Part shown: positions 1 to 10,047 of the stretch, piece after piece
Layout of the letters: every line of letters starts with the position of its first letter
Numbering within the stretch: position 1 is the first letter of the stretch
Source: Thermodesulfobacteriota bacterium
GTDB taxonomy: Bacteria; Desulfobacterota; Desulfobulbia; Desulfobulbales; SURF-16
Assembly: GCA_040755455.1 (NCBI GenBank)
Contig: JBFMAY010000011.1
Span: 1 to 64,000, forward strand
Direction: 5' to 3'
DNA length: 64,000 nucleotides
The notes under the pieces: model-generated
Database searches by the model: none
What the model was told of the DNA's origin: nothing
The model's input: the letters and a program-made list of their open reading frames with translations, nothing else
Translations under genes and position numbers: made by a program

Positions 1-5
1 TTACC

Positions 6-203
6 ATGATCGAGGTTGAGGTACGAGGAGACATCGAATACGCCATTCGTCAGCTGAAGAAAAAACTGCAGCTTGACGGCATCAAAAAAGAGCTGAAACG
101 CCGCGAGCATTACGAAAAACCCAGCGTAAGAAAACGGCGTAAACAAGCGGAAGCAAAAAGAAAACTCCGCAAGGTCATGTACCGTATCGAGCGGGAAGGG
201 TAA
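6..203 (+). CDS. rpsU: 30S ribosomal protein S21
   Basis: 65 aa basic protein with the S21 motif RREHYEKPSVRKRRK. Confidence 0.95.
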   Translation: MIEVEVRGDIEYAIRQLKKKLQLDGIKKELKRREHYEKPSVRKRRKQAEAKRKLRKVMYRIEREG

Positions 204-219
204 TTCCCGCCTTCCTCGG

Positions 220-1206
220 ATGACAAAAAAACGGGGAATCCTCCAGCCTCCTTCACCCGCCGCGCCCCGTTATCAGAACAGGACTCCTGGCAGCAACCTT
301 CCAGCAGAAGCGCAGCACTGCCAGGACCTGTTTCTCCATTATCTTGCTGCGGAAAAGAGACTTGCCGACAACACGATCCGCTCCTACCAGGCCGATCTTG
401 AATCATTTCTTGCATATCTTGCCGGCGTGCATATTTCACCGCAGCTAACAAGCTCTTCCCACATCAGCGACTATTTCTCCGCCAGCAAACAAAAAGGAAT
501 TGCAAACCGCAGCAATGCCAGGCGACTCTCCTGCCTCAGAAGCTTTTTCCGTTTTCTGCTGGCTGAAAAAATTATCGAGCACGATCCGACCGCCATACTG
601 GAGATCCCCAAAAGCCGCCGCACCCTGCCCTCCGCCCTTTCCGTTGCCGATGTGGACCTGCTCCTGGCCGGCCCCGGAGAGAAAACTCCCCTGGCCATCC
701 GCAATACGGCCATGCTCCATCTTCTTTATGCCACTGGCATGCGGGTTTCCGAACTGGTCAATCTGCCCTTCATGGCACTGAACCTGAACTCAGGCTTTGT
801 CCGGGTGATCGGCAAGGGCACAAAAGAGAGGCTGATCCCATTCGGCGAGGAGGCCAAGGAAAAGATTCTCTTCTACCTGCAGCACAGCCGAGGCAAGCTC
901 CTCAGGGCAAAAAAAAGCAGCGCCCTTTTTCTGACCAGCCGGGGCACCACCATGACCCGCCTCCGCTTCTGGCAGATCATCCAGGAAACCGCGTACAAAG
1001 CCGGCATTGCCAAAAAAATCAGCCCACACATGCTGCGTCACTCTTTTGCCACCCATCTGCTGGCCCATGGCGCCGACCTCAGATCAGTACAACTCATGCT
1101 TGGCCATGCCGACATCTCCACCACCCAGATATACACCCATGTGGACAACAACCGGCTGAGGGCCATCCATCAAAAATTCCATCCACGCAGCTCCAAAAAA
1201 GAGTGA
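220..1206 (+). CDS. xerD: site-specific tyrosine recombinase XerD (start uncertain)
   Basis: LLYATGMRVSEL, GKGTKERLIP, SPHMLRHSFATHLL, LGHADISTTQIYTHV; ends HPR as XerC/D do. Confidence 0.9.
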   Translation: MTKKRGILQPPSPAAPRYQNRTPGSNLPAEAQHCQDLFLHYLAAEKRLADNTIRSYQADLESFLAYLAGVHISPQLTSSSHISDYFSASKQKGIANRSNARRLSCLRSFFRFLLAEKIIEHDPTAILEIPKSRRTLPSALSVADVDLLLAGPGEKTPLAIRNTAMLHLLYATGMRVSELVNLPFMALNLNSGFVRVIGKGTKERLIPFGEEAKEKILFYLQHSRGKLLRAKKSSALFLTSRGTTMTRLRFWQIIQETAYKAGIAKKISPHMLRHSFATHLLAHGADLRSVQLMLGHADISTTQIYTHVDNNRLRAIHQKFHPRSSKKE

Positions 1207-1282
1207 CGAAAGTACAGTCAACATGCCTCTTTACTTTCCGGACAACATCAAGCATTATGCGGCCATGGGAGCGTAACCGCCG

Positions 1283-3931
1283 ATGGAAGTCATAACAACT
1301 CACTTAAACGCTGATTTTGATGGCATGGCCTCAATGGTTGCCGCGAAAAGACTCTACCCCGAGGCAATTCTGGCCTTTCCCGGCTCCCAGGAAAAAAACC
1401 TGCGGAAATTTTTTGTCCAATCCCTGATGATTTATGATTTTCAGCGGTTGAAAAACATTGATCTGGCAAAAGTTACCAAATTAATCGTCGTCGACACCAG
1501 GCAGGCATCCCGCATCGGCAGCTTTGCCCAATGCCTGGAGAATCCCGGCATAGAAATCCATCTTTACGATCATCACCCCAACGCACCCGGAGACATGAAA
1601 GGTGATGTGGAGGTGGTGAAACCGGTCGGCTCCACCGCCACGGTTTTCATCGAAATCTTTCAGGAACGGGGCATCTCCATCAGCAAAGAGGAAGCCACCC
1701 TGCTGGCCATGGCGGAATACGAAGACACTGGCTCCTTCACCTTCAGCACCACCACCCCGGCCGACCTGCACGCCATGGCCTGGCTGCTCGGGTGCGGGGC
1801 CGAACTCCACACCGTCACCCAGTATATTATCCATGAGCTGACCAGTTACGAGATCTCCCTGCTGCATGAACTGATCAAGTCTGCGACCACCTACACGATC
1901 CAGTCCATACCCATTACCGTCACCCGGATTACCTGCAGTCAGTATGTTGATGAATTTTCCCTCATTGTCCGCCAGTTCATGAGCATGGAAAACCTCAACG
2001 TCATCTTTGCCTTGGCCAGCATGGGGGAACGGATTTATCTCATTGCCCGAAGCAGAATCCCCGAGGTCAATGTCGGCAAGATTGCCATGGAATTCAATGG
2101 GGGCGGGCATGCCTCTGCGGCGGCGGCAACGATTAACGACATGACCCTGATTGAGGCTGAAGAAAAGCTGATCCGGCTCCTGCACAAGCATGTGCGGCCG
2201 GAGAGCAAGGCCTGGGAGCTGATGTCGTCGCCCATTATTTCCGCAGGACCGGAGCTGACGACCCTGAAGGCCAATGACATCCTTATCCGCTACGGCATCA
2301 CCATACTGCCGATCATGAAGGACGGCAAGATCCTGGGACTTTTTTCGCGGCGGGATGCCAGCAAGGCGATCTACCATAACCTGGGGCATCTGCCGGTGAC
2401 GGAATTCATGACCACGGAATTCGCCACCCTGCCGCCTTCCGCCACCCTTGGCGACATACAGGAACTGATCATTGAGCACCGGCAGCGCTTCATTCCCATT
2501 GTGGAAAACGGCACGCTGATAGGGGTTATCACCAGAACAGACCTGTTCAATCTGCTGGTCAACGACCCGGCTTATCTTCCCAGCCTGAATATCACCCAGA
2601 GCGAGCCCTCGGCAGAACGCAACAGAAATCTGACCAACATGCTCAGCCAATCGCTCAACCGGGACATGCTTATCCTTCTGCAAACCATCGGCGAAGTGGC
2701 CCGGCAGAACCACTTTACCGCCTATGCGGTGGGGGGGTTTGTCCGTGACCTGCTGCTGCACATTGAGAATTATGATCTGGATATCGTCGTCGAAGGCGAC
2801 GGCATCACCTTTGCCAAAAAACTGGCAAAGGCGGTGGGCGGCTCCTTGCGCACCCATGTCAAATTCAACACCGCCATGGTGAAACTGCCCAATGGCTTTA
2901 AAGTCGATATCGCCACGGCCCGCCTCGAATACTATGAATACCCCGCAGCCATGCCGACGGTTGAGTTAAGCTCCATCAAGCTTGATCTCTTCCGCCGCGA
3001 TTTCACCATCAATGCCATGGCCATCCATCTGAATCCGGAAAAATTCGGTATCCTGGTCGACTTCTTCAACTGCCAGAACGATTTAAAAGACAGACAAATC
3101 CGTATTATCCACAACTTGAGTTTTGTTGAAGACCCAACCCGCATCTTCAGGGCCATCCGCCTTGAGCAGCGCATGGGTTTCACCCTTGGCAAATTAACGG
3201 AAAAACAGCTTAAGAATGCGGTGAAAATGAACCTGTTTGATCAAAAACTCGGGCGCCGCTATTTCAACGAGATCCAGCTGATTCTTTCCGAACAGAATCC
3301 CCTGCCGGCAATCCAGCGCATGGCCCAGTTCGACCTGTTAAAATTTCTGCACCACTCCTTGATACTCGATCCGCGCCTGACGGAAATCCTGGAAGAAGCG
3401 CAGCGCGCCGTCTCCTGGCACAAACTTCTCTATCTCGCTGAAAACTGCCAGCCGTGGATTGTTTACCTGCTGGCCCTGACGTCCCGCATCCAGACCAGGG
3501 CGGTGCTCGCCTTCTGCCGGAAATTCGAGGTGTCGGAAAGATACACCCAGATTTTAATCAGGGAAAAAATTGAGGCAAAACGGATTATCCGCATCCTGGA
3601 AAGACGCGTGCACCTGTGCCCCAGCGAAGTTTACTGGCTACTTAAGGGATTAACCCATGAGGGGCTGCTTTTTGTCATGGCTGCTTGTCGGAACAAAGCG
3701 GGCAAGCAGGCGGTCTCCCTCTATGTAACGCAACTGCGTCAGACGAGAACCCACCTGCGCGGTGAGGACTTAAAAAAACTGGGGTACCGCACCGGACCGC
3801 TCTACCAAAGGATATTGAACCACCTGCTGGAAAAAAAACTGGATGGGGAACTTTACACCAGAGAGGACGAGAACAGATTTCTTGAGAGAGAGTACCCTCT
3901 GACACCCAGTGAAAAAAAGGATACTCCATGA
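1283..3931 (+). CDS. DHH-DHHA1-CBS-tRNA nucleotidyltransferase (A-adding/CCA family)
   Basis: HLNADFDG, YDHHP, GGGHASAA, a CBS pair, VGGFVRDLLL..DLDIVV, DLFRRDFTINAMA, EDPTRIFRAIR. Confidence 0.9.
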   Translation: MEVITTHLNADFDGMASMVAAKRLYPEAILAFPGSQEKNLRKFFVQSLMIYDFQRLKNIDLAKVTKLIVVDTRQASRIGSFAQCLENPGIEIHLYDHHPNAPGDMKGDVEVVKPVGSTATVFIEIFQERGISISKEEATLLAMAEYEDTGSFTFSTTTPADLHAMAWLLGCGAELHTVTQYIIHELTSYEISLLHELIKSATTYTIQSIPITVTRITCSQYVDEFSLIVRQFMSMENLNVIFALASMGERIYLIARSRIPEVNVGKIAMEFNGGGHASAAAATINDMTLIEAEEKLIRLLHKHVRPESKAWELMSSPIISAGPELTTLKANDILIRYGITILPIMKDGKILGLFSRRDASKAIYHNLGHLPVTEFMTTEFATLPPSATLGDIQELIIEHRQRFIPIVENGTLIGVITRTDLFNLLVNDPAYLPSLNITQSEPSAERNRNLTNMLSQSLNRDMLILLQTIGEVARQNHFTAYAVGGFVRDLLLHIENYDLDIVVEGDGITFAKKLAKAVGGSLRTHVKFNTAMVKLPNGFKVDIATARLEYYEYPAAMPTVELSSIKLDLFRRDFTINAMAIHLNPEKFGILVDFFNCQNDLKDRQIRIIHNLSFVEDPTRIFRAIRLEQRMGFTLGKLTEKQLKNAVKMNLFDQKLGRRYFNEIQLILSEQNPLPAIQRMAQFDLLKFLHHSLILDPRLTEILEEAQRAVSWHKLLYLAENCQPWIVYLLALTSRIQTRAVLAFCRKFEVSERYTQILIREKIEAKRIIRILERRVHLCPSEVYWLLKGLTHEGLLFVMAACRNKAGKQAVSLYVTQLRQTRTHLRGEDLKKLGYRTGPLYQRILNHLLEKKLDGELYTREDENRFLEREYPLTPSEKKDTP

Positions 3932-4542
3932 CCATCATGCAACAGATCATCATACTGGCGCCGCCCTTTCTGTTCGCGCTCACCATCCATGAGTACAGCC
4001 ATGGGCTGGTCGCCTACCGCCTGGGCGACCCCACCGCCAGCAACCTGGGGCGGTTGACCATGAACCCGCTCAAACACCTGGATCCATTAGGCGTGCTTGC
4101 CTTTATCATCATGAAGATCGGCTGGGCCAAACCTGTGCCGGTTAATCCGCGTTATTTCAAAAATCCCTTGCGAGATATGATATGGGTCGCGCTGGCAGGG
4201 CCAGCGGCAAATCTGATGACTGCTATTGCAAGCAGTCTGGTGGCGCAATTTCTTGCTCTCTTTGCGGCCTTTATCCCCAAGGCCATTCTCTTCCCCCTCT
4301 TTCAAATGGTGGGGGCGAGCATCTGGATCAATATCGTGCTGGCGATTTTCAACCTGCTGCCTATTCCGCCGCTGGACGGGAGCAAGGTCCTGATGGGCAT
4401 CCTGCCCCCACGCCAGGCAGCCGCCTATGCCCGCCTTGAACCATTCGGCTTTCTCATCCTGCTGGCCCTCTTTTACACCGGTTTCCTGCAGAAGGTGCTC
4501 ATGCCGATCATCGGCCTTGCCGAGCGCATGATAACCGGCTGA
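3928..4542 (+). CDS. site-2 protease family (M50) membrane metalloprotease
   Basis: HEYSH zinc motif, AGPAAN, FNLLPIPPLDG. Confidence 0.9.
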   Translation: MTIMQQIIILAPPFLFALTIHEYSHGLVAYRLGDPTASNLGRLTMNPLKHLDPLGVLAFIIMKIGWAKPVPVNPRYFKNPLRDMIWVALAGPAANLMTAIASSLVAQFLALFAAFIPKAILFPLFQMVGASIWINIVLAIFNLLPIPPLDGSKVLMGILPPRQAAAYARLEPFGFLILLALFYTGFLQKVLMPIIGLAERMITG

Positions 4543-4571
4543 TCAGATCCCGTGCTGCAGAACGGGGGGGA

Positions 4572-4694
4572 TTATCTGGCCAGCCCCTCATACAATGCAC
4601 AAAATTCATACACGAGCTTCCTTCTTGCAGCAACATCGAGCCGGAAGTATATGGGACTCAGCATTAAAACTCTGATTGCTTGTCGAGGTGTCAT
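4572..4694 (-). CDS. small hypothetical protein, 40 aa (MTPRQAIRVLMLSPIYFRLDVAARRKLVYEFCALYEGLAR); not in the ORF track
   Basis: ATG preceded by a GGGAGG Shine-Dalgarno, TAA stop, sigma54-like promoter upstream. Confidence 0.65.
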   Translation of the reverse strand: MTPRQAIRVLMLSPIYFRLDVAARRKLVYEFCALYEGLAR

Positions 4695-4736
4695 GGCGTT
4701 CCTCCCTTGCCTGAGTGAGACTTGCTTATATGTTAA

Positions 4737-4752
4737 AGCAATTTCCGGGCCG
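4737..4752 (-). promoter_or_regulatory. sigma54 (-24/-12) promoter candidate for the 40-aa ORF
   Basis: minus strand reads CGGCCC-GGAAA-TTGCT (GG-N10-GC). Confidence 0.5.
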
Positions 4753-4935
4753 CCAATGTTATTTCAAGCAAACTCAAACAATTCCGTGCTATTGCCCTGC
4801 ACCAACCCCTAACACGCCAACCCTGCCCTCTTCATTTTAAATTTTCCCGAACAGAATTTTTCGGAAAACAGGAAAAGCGAACCACCCCTGTCCGCTTTTC
4901 CGTAAAACTTGTGCTAGCAATTAAAAAATAAAGCT

Positions 4936-4963
4936 TTGGCTTTTTTTTTGCAGTATTTATAAT
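4936..4963 (+). promoter_or_regulatory. promoter candidate for the hypothetical-radA operon
   Basis: TTGGCT-N16-TATAAT (sigma70-like); the same bases also read TGGC-T7-TTGCA (GG-N10-GC, sigma54-like). Confidence 0.4.
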
Positions 4964-4980
4964 ACAGAAATGGTGACCAT

Positions 4981-5250
4981 ATGATCGAACCATCAGCGCA
5001 AACAAAAATAGAAAAGAGCAGAAAGCTGGCCCACATCCAGACCTACAAGCTCTATTACGAAAGCAAGATAGCCTGCCTGAGCAACAAGCGGCTGTCTCCG
5101 GCGCTGCACCTCCTCGCCTGCAAAGACGCCCCGGTTGAACGGGGGGACCTTGCTTCCAGCTGGCAACGTGGCCGCTATATCAAAAAATGCCTGAGCTATT
5201 ACAAAAAAAAGTTAAATGAATTAGAAAAAGAACTTAAGAAAATTAAATGA
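4981..5250 (+). CDS. hypothetical protein, basic, with a C-terminal coiled coil
   Basis: 89-aa ORF overlapping the radA start (ATGA coupling). Confidence 0.7.
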   Translation: MIEPSAQTKIEKSRKLAHIQTYKLYYESKIACLSNKRLSPALHLLACKDAPVERGDLASSWQRGRYIKKCLSYYKKKLNELEKELKKIK

Positions 5251-6611
5251 AAGAAGGCAAAGCGAAAACATTCTTTGCCTGTGACAGTTGCGGCTCGACC
5301 TTTCGCAAATGGGCCGGTCAATGCCCTGAATGCCAGGAGTGGAACACCATCAGGGAGCACGAACAGGCTCCTGCCTCCCCCCCTTATCGCGGATACAGCG
5401 GAGAACTCTCGCCCGTCCAACCGATTTCCCAGGTCGCTCTTACCAGCACGCCAAGAATCAACACCAGCATGGCGGAATTTGACCGCGTACTGGGCGGCGG
5501 CCTGGTCAGAGGATCGGTTGTTCTTGTAGGCGGTGACCCCGGCGTGGGCAAAAGCACCTGCCTTTTGCAGGTCTGCTGCAGACTCAGCGAAGAAATGAAG
5601 GTGCTGTATGTCACCGGCGAAGAATCTCCCCAGCAGATTGCCATGCGGGCCAATAGACTCCGCTTGCCGAACCAGCATCTGCTGCTCATGGCGGAAACGG
5701 CGGTGGAAAATATCTGCGCCACCGCCTATCAGCATCAACCGCAGGTCATGGTTGTTGATTCAATCCAGACCATGCATACGGCCACCATTGCCTCAGCTCC
5801 CGGTAGTGTTTCCCAGGTGCGCGAATCAGCCGCCCAGCTCACCCATTTTGCCAAACACAACGACCTCGCCATTTTTCTTGTCGGCCATGTCACCAAATCC
5901 GGCGATCTTGCCGGCCCCAGGGTGCTTGAGCACATCATCGACGTGGTATGTTATTTTGAAGGCAACAGCGACAGCAGATACCGCATCATGCGGGCCGTGA
6001 AAAACAGGTATGGCGCGGTCAACGAACTGGGCGTCTTTGCCATGACGGAAAACGGCCTGAAGGAAATCAGCAATCCTTCGGCCATCTTTCTCAGCCGGCC
6101 CGCCCAAGCCATGCCGGGCAGCGCTGTTATGGTTATCTGGGAGGGAAGCCGGCCCCTGCTTGTTGAAGTCCAGGCCCTGGTCGACGAGAGCCATGCAGAA
6201 AATCCCCGACGGGTCACGGTGGGCATTGAACAGAACCGGCTCATCATGCTCCTTGCCGTTCTCCATCGTCACGGCGGCATCATCACCTATAATCAGGATG
6301 TGTTCGTCAATGTGGTTGGAGGGGTGAAGATCAATGAAACAGGGGCAGACCTGGCCATCGTCCTGGCCATCACCTCAAGCCTCCAGGACCGGCCCTTGCC
6401 CACCGACCTGGTAATATTTGGCGAAATCGGTCTTGCCGGCGAAATAAGACCGGTACCCAACGGCCAGGAACGGCTCAAAGAAGCAGTCAAGCACGGCTTC
6501 CGCCGAGCAATTATTCCCACGGCAAATGCCCCGCAGGAAAAATTTTCCGGGCTTACCGTCTTTGCCGTGGAAAAATTAAACGATGCCCTGGCGGCAATCT
6601 CGGGTTTGTAA
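5247..6611 (+). CDS. radA: DNA repair protein RadA/Sms
   Basis: C4 zinc finger, GGDPGVGKST, KNRYG motif, Lon-like C-terminal domain. Confidence 0.97.
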   Translation: MKEGKAKTFFACDSCGSTFRKWAGQCPECQEWNTIREHEQAPASPPYRGYSGELSPVQPISQVALTSTPRINTSMAEFDRVLGGGLVRGSVVLVGGDPGVGKSTCLLQVCCRLSEEMKVLYVTGEESPQQIAMRANRLRLPNQHLLLMAETAVENICATAYQHQPQVMVVDSIQTMHTATIASAPGSVSQVRESAAQLTHFAKHNDLAIFLVGHVTKSGDLAGPRVLEHIIDVVCYFEGNSDSRYRIMRAVKNRYGAVNELGVFAMTENGLKEISNPSAIFLSRPAQAMPGSAVMVIWEGSRPLLVEVQALVDESHAENPRRVTVGIEQNRLIMLLAVLHRHGGIITYNQDVFVNVVGGVKINETGADLAIVLAITSSLQDRPLPTDLVIFGEIGLAGEIRPVPNGQERLKEAVKHGFRRAIIPTANAPQEKFSGLTVFAVEKLNDALAAISGL

Positions 6612-6714
6612 ACCCCGCCGGCCTCTTTCCAGCAACGTCCATTATTTGATAGAAAAACGGCAAAGACCCCGGGGAGAAAAATTCCATGCAATGTCGGGCA
6701 TAGAACATCTAACA

Positions 6715-6743
6715 TTGACATGAAAATTTCGAAATGGTAAATA
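6715..6743 (+). promoter_or_regulatory. sigma70 promoter candidate for the tRNA-Ser pair
   Basis: TTGACA-N17-TAAATA with an extended TG, 16 nt before the tRNA. Confidence 0.5.
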
Positions 6744-6759
6744 GCGGGTCACATAAAGT

Positions 6760-6845
6760 GGAGGAATGGCCGAGTGGTTTAAGGCGGCGGTCTTGAAAAC
6801 CGTTGAACGAAAGTTCCGTGGGTTCGAATCCTACTTCCTCCGCCA
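6760..6845 (+). tRNA. tRNA-Ser(TGA)
   Basis: cloverleaf, CT-TGA-AA anticodon loop, long variable arm, GGTTCGAATCC, encoded CCA. Confidence 0.97.
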
Positions 6846-6868
6846 TTTTTACAGATGACGCCAATTAC

Positions 6869-6961
6869 GGAGAGATGACCGAGAGGCCGATGGTGCTCGC
6901 CTGCTAAGCGAGTGTAGGGTCAAAAGCTCTACCGAGGGTTCGAATCCCTCTCTCTCCGCCA
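6869..6961 (+). tRNA. tRNA-Ser(GCT)
   Basis: CT-GCT-AA anticodon loop, long variable arm, GGTTCGAATCC, encoded CCA. Confidence 0.97.
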
Positions 6962-6967
6962 TGGATG

Positions 6968-7002
6968 AAAAACCCATTTCTGTTGCAGAAATGGGTTTTT
7001 TT
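6968..7002 (+). terminator. intrinsic terminator after the tRNAs
   Basis: AAAAACCCATTTCTG-ttg-CAGAAATGGGTTTTTTT perfect hairpin with a U tract. Confidence 0.85.
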
Positions 7003-7333
7003 GCCCCCTTTCCGCCGAAGACCATAAAAAATTTTAAATCTGCCAGCAAACTCCCCCATCCTCACTGGCAAGCAACCGCAGGATGACTTGTGATCCGTTT
7101 GTAAAATCATTCACAATATCAGCCGACTGCCTCCTGCTCAAACCCAGGCCAATCGCCCCTTTCAGCCCCGCCAAACAACTGCATGAAATAGCTAGAAACA
7201 AATCCCCTCGGTGCCCATCATATTCTCCAAATGCGCTATTTACTTTCATGCAGGTATTTTGATAATATTTAACATATGTTTTCATGCTCATCACATTTCC
7301 TCACAGCAGTCTGGACAGATGCAACATGAATCT

Positions 7334-7864
7334 ATGATGAACTCTCCCCTCGTCTTCTTCACCAGACTCCTGCGCCGCAAAGGCAGAGAAGCCTTGCGCC
7401 CGGACGGCAATGGCTCATACACCGCATCTGCTGGTTTTACCCTTATTGAGCTCTTAATAGCCATTGCCATTATGGGAACCCTCATGGCCATCGCCATGCC
7501 CAATTTTAAAACATATATAGAAAAGGTGAAAGAGCAGAAGGTTCTCAACGACATCCGCACGCTGGAAAAGGAGATCATCAATTTTTATGAAACTTACGGC
7601 CGCTACCCGAAAAATCTGGCCGAGATCGGCCTGGACGACCTGAAAGACCCCTGGGGAAATCCCTACCGCTATCTGCCGGTGGAGGGCTCGCCAAAGGGGA
7701 AACTGCGCAAGGACCACTTCATGGTGCCGGTTAATTCGGATTTCGACCTCTACAGCATGGGGCAAGACGGCAAAACCGCTACCCCGTTCACCTCGAAAAA
7801 CAGCCAGGACGACATTGTCCGCGCCAATGACGGGCAGTATTTAGGACTTGTTTCAGAATATTAG
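7334..7864 (+). CDS. GspG-like pseudopilin / type IV pilin-like protein (start uncertain; ORF open from 7211)
   Basis: prepilin site G|FTLIELLIAIAI, DPWGNPYRY, FDLYSMGQDG. Confidence 0.85.
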   Translation: MMNSPLVFFTRLLRRKGREALRPDGNGSYTASAGFTLIELLIAIAIMGTLMAIAMPNFKTYIEKVKEQKVLNDIRTLEKEIINFYETYGRYPKNLAEIGLDDLKDPWGNPYRYLPVEGSPKGKLRKDHFMVPVNSDFDLYSMGQDGKTATPFTSKNSQDDIVRANDGQYLGLVSEY

Positions 7865-7920
7865 CAACACGTAACAGTTGAAGTAACTTTTCCGGTTATT
7901 ATTTAATCAGGAGAAAAAAA

Positions 7921-10029
7921 ATGAATTTTGCCTCGGGTTTTCTTCGCAGCAAAGTAGCACGCCGTTTTTTCCTGTTATTTACCTGCTGCGCCCTGCTTCC
8001 CATGATCGCATTGACCATACTGTCCTTCAAGCAGGTCACCAGACAGCTTGCGCTGCAAAGTCACAAAAGACTACAAGAACAGACCAAATCCTATGGCATG
8101 TCCGTTTACGAACGGCTCATGCTGCTTGACACGGACCTGGAGGTCATGGCTGCCCATGCCCAGGTGGCAGGAGCAACCGGCAACGCATCGGAGCATTTCG
8201 GCGAACGTCTAAAACAGCGTTTTTCCGCCATCAGCCGGTACAGCGCAGCTACGGGCATGGTCGACATTGTCGGCCATATGGCCGCCCCGCCGGAGTTGGA
8301 GCCGGCGGAAAGCGACAACCTCCACAAGGGCAAGACCGTCATTATCGCCCAGCCTCAACCGGAGCAGCCGGCCCGGCTGTTCATCATCAAGCCGATTCAC
8401 CCAGGCTCACCTGAAGAGCTTGTCCTTTACGGCGAAATCATTTCTTCCTATGTCTGGGGCCTGGGATTTGAGAATTTCCTGCCCTCGCAGACCGAACTTT
8501 TTGTCCTTGACATGACCAAAAGGGTGCTGGTTAACTCCCACCCGGTGCCGGACAACCTGGCCCGCATGGTGGCGCTTCGCCAGGATGGCGAGGTGTCCCG
8601 CCAGTTTGAATACCGCCATGACAATGAGGCCTATCTTGCCAGCTACTGGCCCATCTTTCTCAAATCCAAATTTTTCGCCCAGACCTGGACAGTGGTGCTC
8701 GGCCAGGCAGAAAGCGAGGTTCTCGCGCCTCTGGCCCGTTTTAAAAAGATTTTTCCCCTGGTGGTGCTCCTCTCCCTGTGGATTGTCCTGCTGCTCAGCC
8801 TGATCTATATCAGGCGGACCCTGGCTCCGGTGGAAGTCCTGAAAGAAGGCACTCAGAGAGTGGCCAGCCACGATTTCAGCAACCGGGTGACCGTAAACAG
8901 CGGGGACGAGTTTCAGGAACTGGCATCATCCTTTAACACCATGACCAGCCAGCTGGACCAGCAATTCAAGGCGTTAAGCACCAGGGCGGAAATAGACCGA
9001 GCCATTCTCTCCTCGCTAGACAGCGGTAAAATCATCAACACCGCCCTTACCAACATGTATGATTTTTTCGGCTGCGACCTGATTGCCTTCAGCCTGATCA
9101 ACCCGTTGCAGGAAAACACCGCCCAACTTTTTTCCCTGCAGAGCCCCCAGCAGAAAAAACCTACCTTGGAAACCATTAAAATATCCGAGACTGACGCGGA
9201 GCAGTTAACCCAAAATACCCAATATCTTTTATGTGACACTCCGCAGGCCACACCGGATCACCTGGCAGCCTTTGTCCACAAAGGCATTCAATCCTTCCTG
9301 CTGTTGCCGGTTTTTGTGAAAAACCGCCTGGCCGGCTTTGTCACTCTGGGCAAAAGGGGAGAATGCGCAATTGAGGAAGAAAAACTCCTGCAGGCCCGCC
9401 ATCTTGCCGACCAGCTGGCAGTTGCCCTGTCCAACGCCCGGCTCATTGAAGATATGGAGCATCTCACCCTGGGCACCATCGAGGCCTTGGCCCGGACCGT
9501 TGATGCGAAATCCTCCTGGACCTCTGGCCATTCGGAACGGGTGGCGGAAATGGCGGTAAAAATCGCCAGGGCAATGGGTTGGGCGGACAAACAGATTGAG
9601 ACCATATTCAGAGGAGGGCTGCTGCACGACATCGGCAAGATCGGTATTGCGCGGGCCATCCTTGACAAGCCGGGTAAACTCACCGATGACGAGTATGCCA
9701 AGATCAAGGACCATCCCGCCATCGGCGCCAAAATCCTCGAACCGATAAACGCTTACGCCGATATCATCCCCATGGTCATTCAGCACCACGAAAGGTTTGA
9801 CGGCAAAGGCTATCCTTTAGGCCTGGCCGGCCAGGACATCGACATCAATGCCCGCATTCTCGCGGTTGCCGATGTGTATGACGCCCTCATATCCAGCAGG
9901 CCATACCGGCAGGGGTGGATTGAAGACAAGGCGGTCACCCTGCTGAAGAACGAAGCGGGCCGCCAGTTTGATCCTGATGTGGTGGACGCCTTTCTCGGCA
10001 TTTTAGCGACCAGCAGCATCCGTATTTAA
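7921..10029 (+). CDS. membrane sensor with periplasmic domain, HAMP, GAF and HD-GYP (c-di-GMP phosphodiesterase)
   Basis: two TM segments, HAMP (DEFQELASSFNTM), GAF, GHSERVA, LHDIGK, HHERFDGKGYP; AGGAG RBS. Confidence 0.9.
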   Translation: MNFASGFLRSKVARRFFLLFTCCALLPMIALTILSFKQVTRQLALQSHKRLQEQTKSYGMSVYERLMLLDTDLEVMAAHAQVAGATGNASEHFGERLKQRFSAISRYSAATGMVDIVGHMAAPPELEPAESDNLHKGKTVIIAQPQPEQPARLFIIKPIHPGSPEELVLYGEIISSYVWGLGFENFLPSQTELFVLDMTKRVLVNSHPVPDNLARMVALRQDGEVSRQFEYRHDNEAYLASYWPIFLKSKFFAQTWTVVLGQAESEVLAPLARFKKIFPLVVLLSLWIVLLLSLIYIRRTLAPVEVLKEGTQRVASHDFSNRVTVNSGDEFQELASSFNTMTSQLDQQFKALSTRAEIDRAILSSLDSGKIINTALTNMYDFFGCDLIAFSLINPLQENTAQLFSLQSPQQKKPTLETIKISETDAEQLTQNTQYLLCDTPQATPDHLAAFVHKGIQSFLLLPVFVKNRLAGFVTLGKRGECAIEEEKLLQARHLADQLAVALSNARLIEDMEHLTLGTIEALARTVDAKSSWTSGHSERVAEMAVKIARAMGWADKQIETIFRGGLLHDIGKIGIARAILDKPGKLTDDEYAKIKDHPAIGAKILEPINAYADIIPMVIQHHERFDGKGYPLGLAGQDIDINARILAVADVYDALISSRPYRQGWIEDKAVTLLKNEAGRQFDPDVVDAFLGILATSSIRI

Positions 10030-10047
10030 GCAAGGACGGGCTCGGTT

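Noticed and set aside
220..1206. xerD as a prophage or island integrase
   Set aside because: Housekeeping XerD signature and context; no phage genes or att sites nearby
1481..2857. 458-aa minus-strand ORF
   Set aside because: Antisense shadow of the tRNA nucleotidyltransferase
4552..4812. 86-aa plus-strand ORF
   Set aside because: No RBS; the minus-strand 40-aa ORF has an RBS and a promoter and explains the region better
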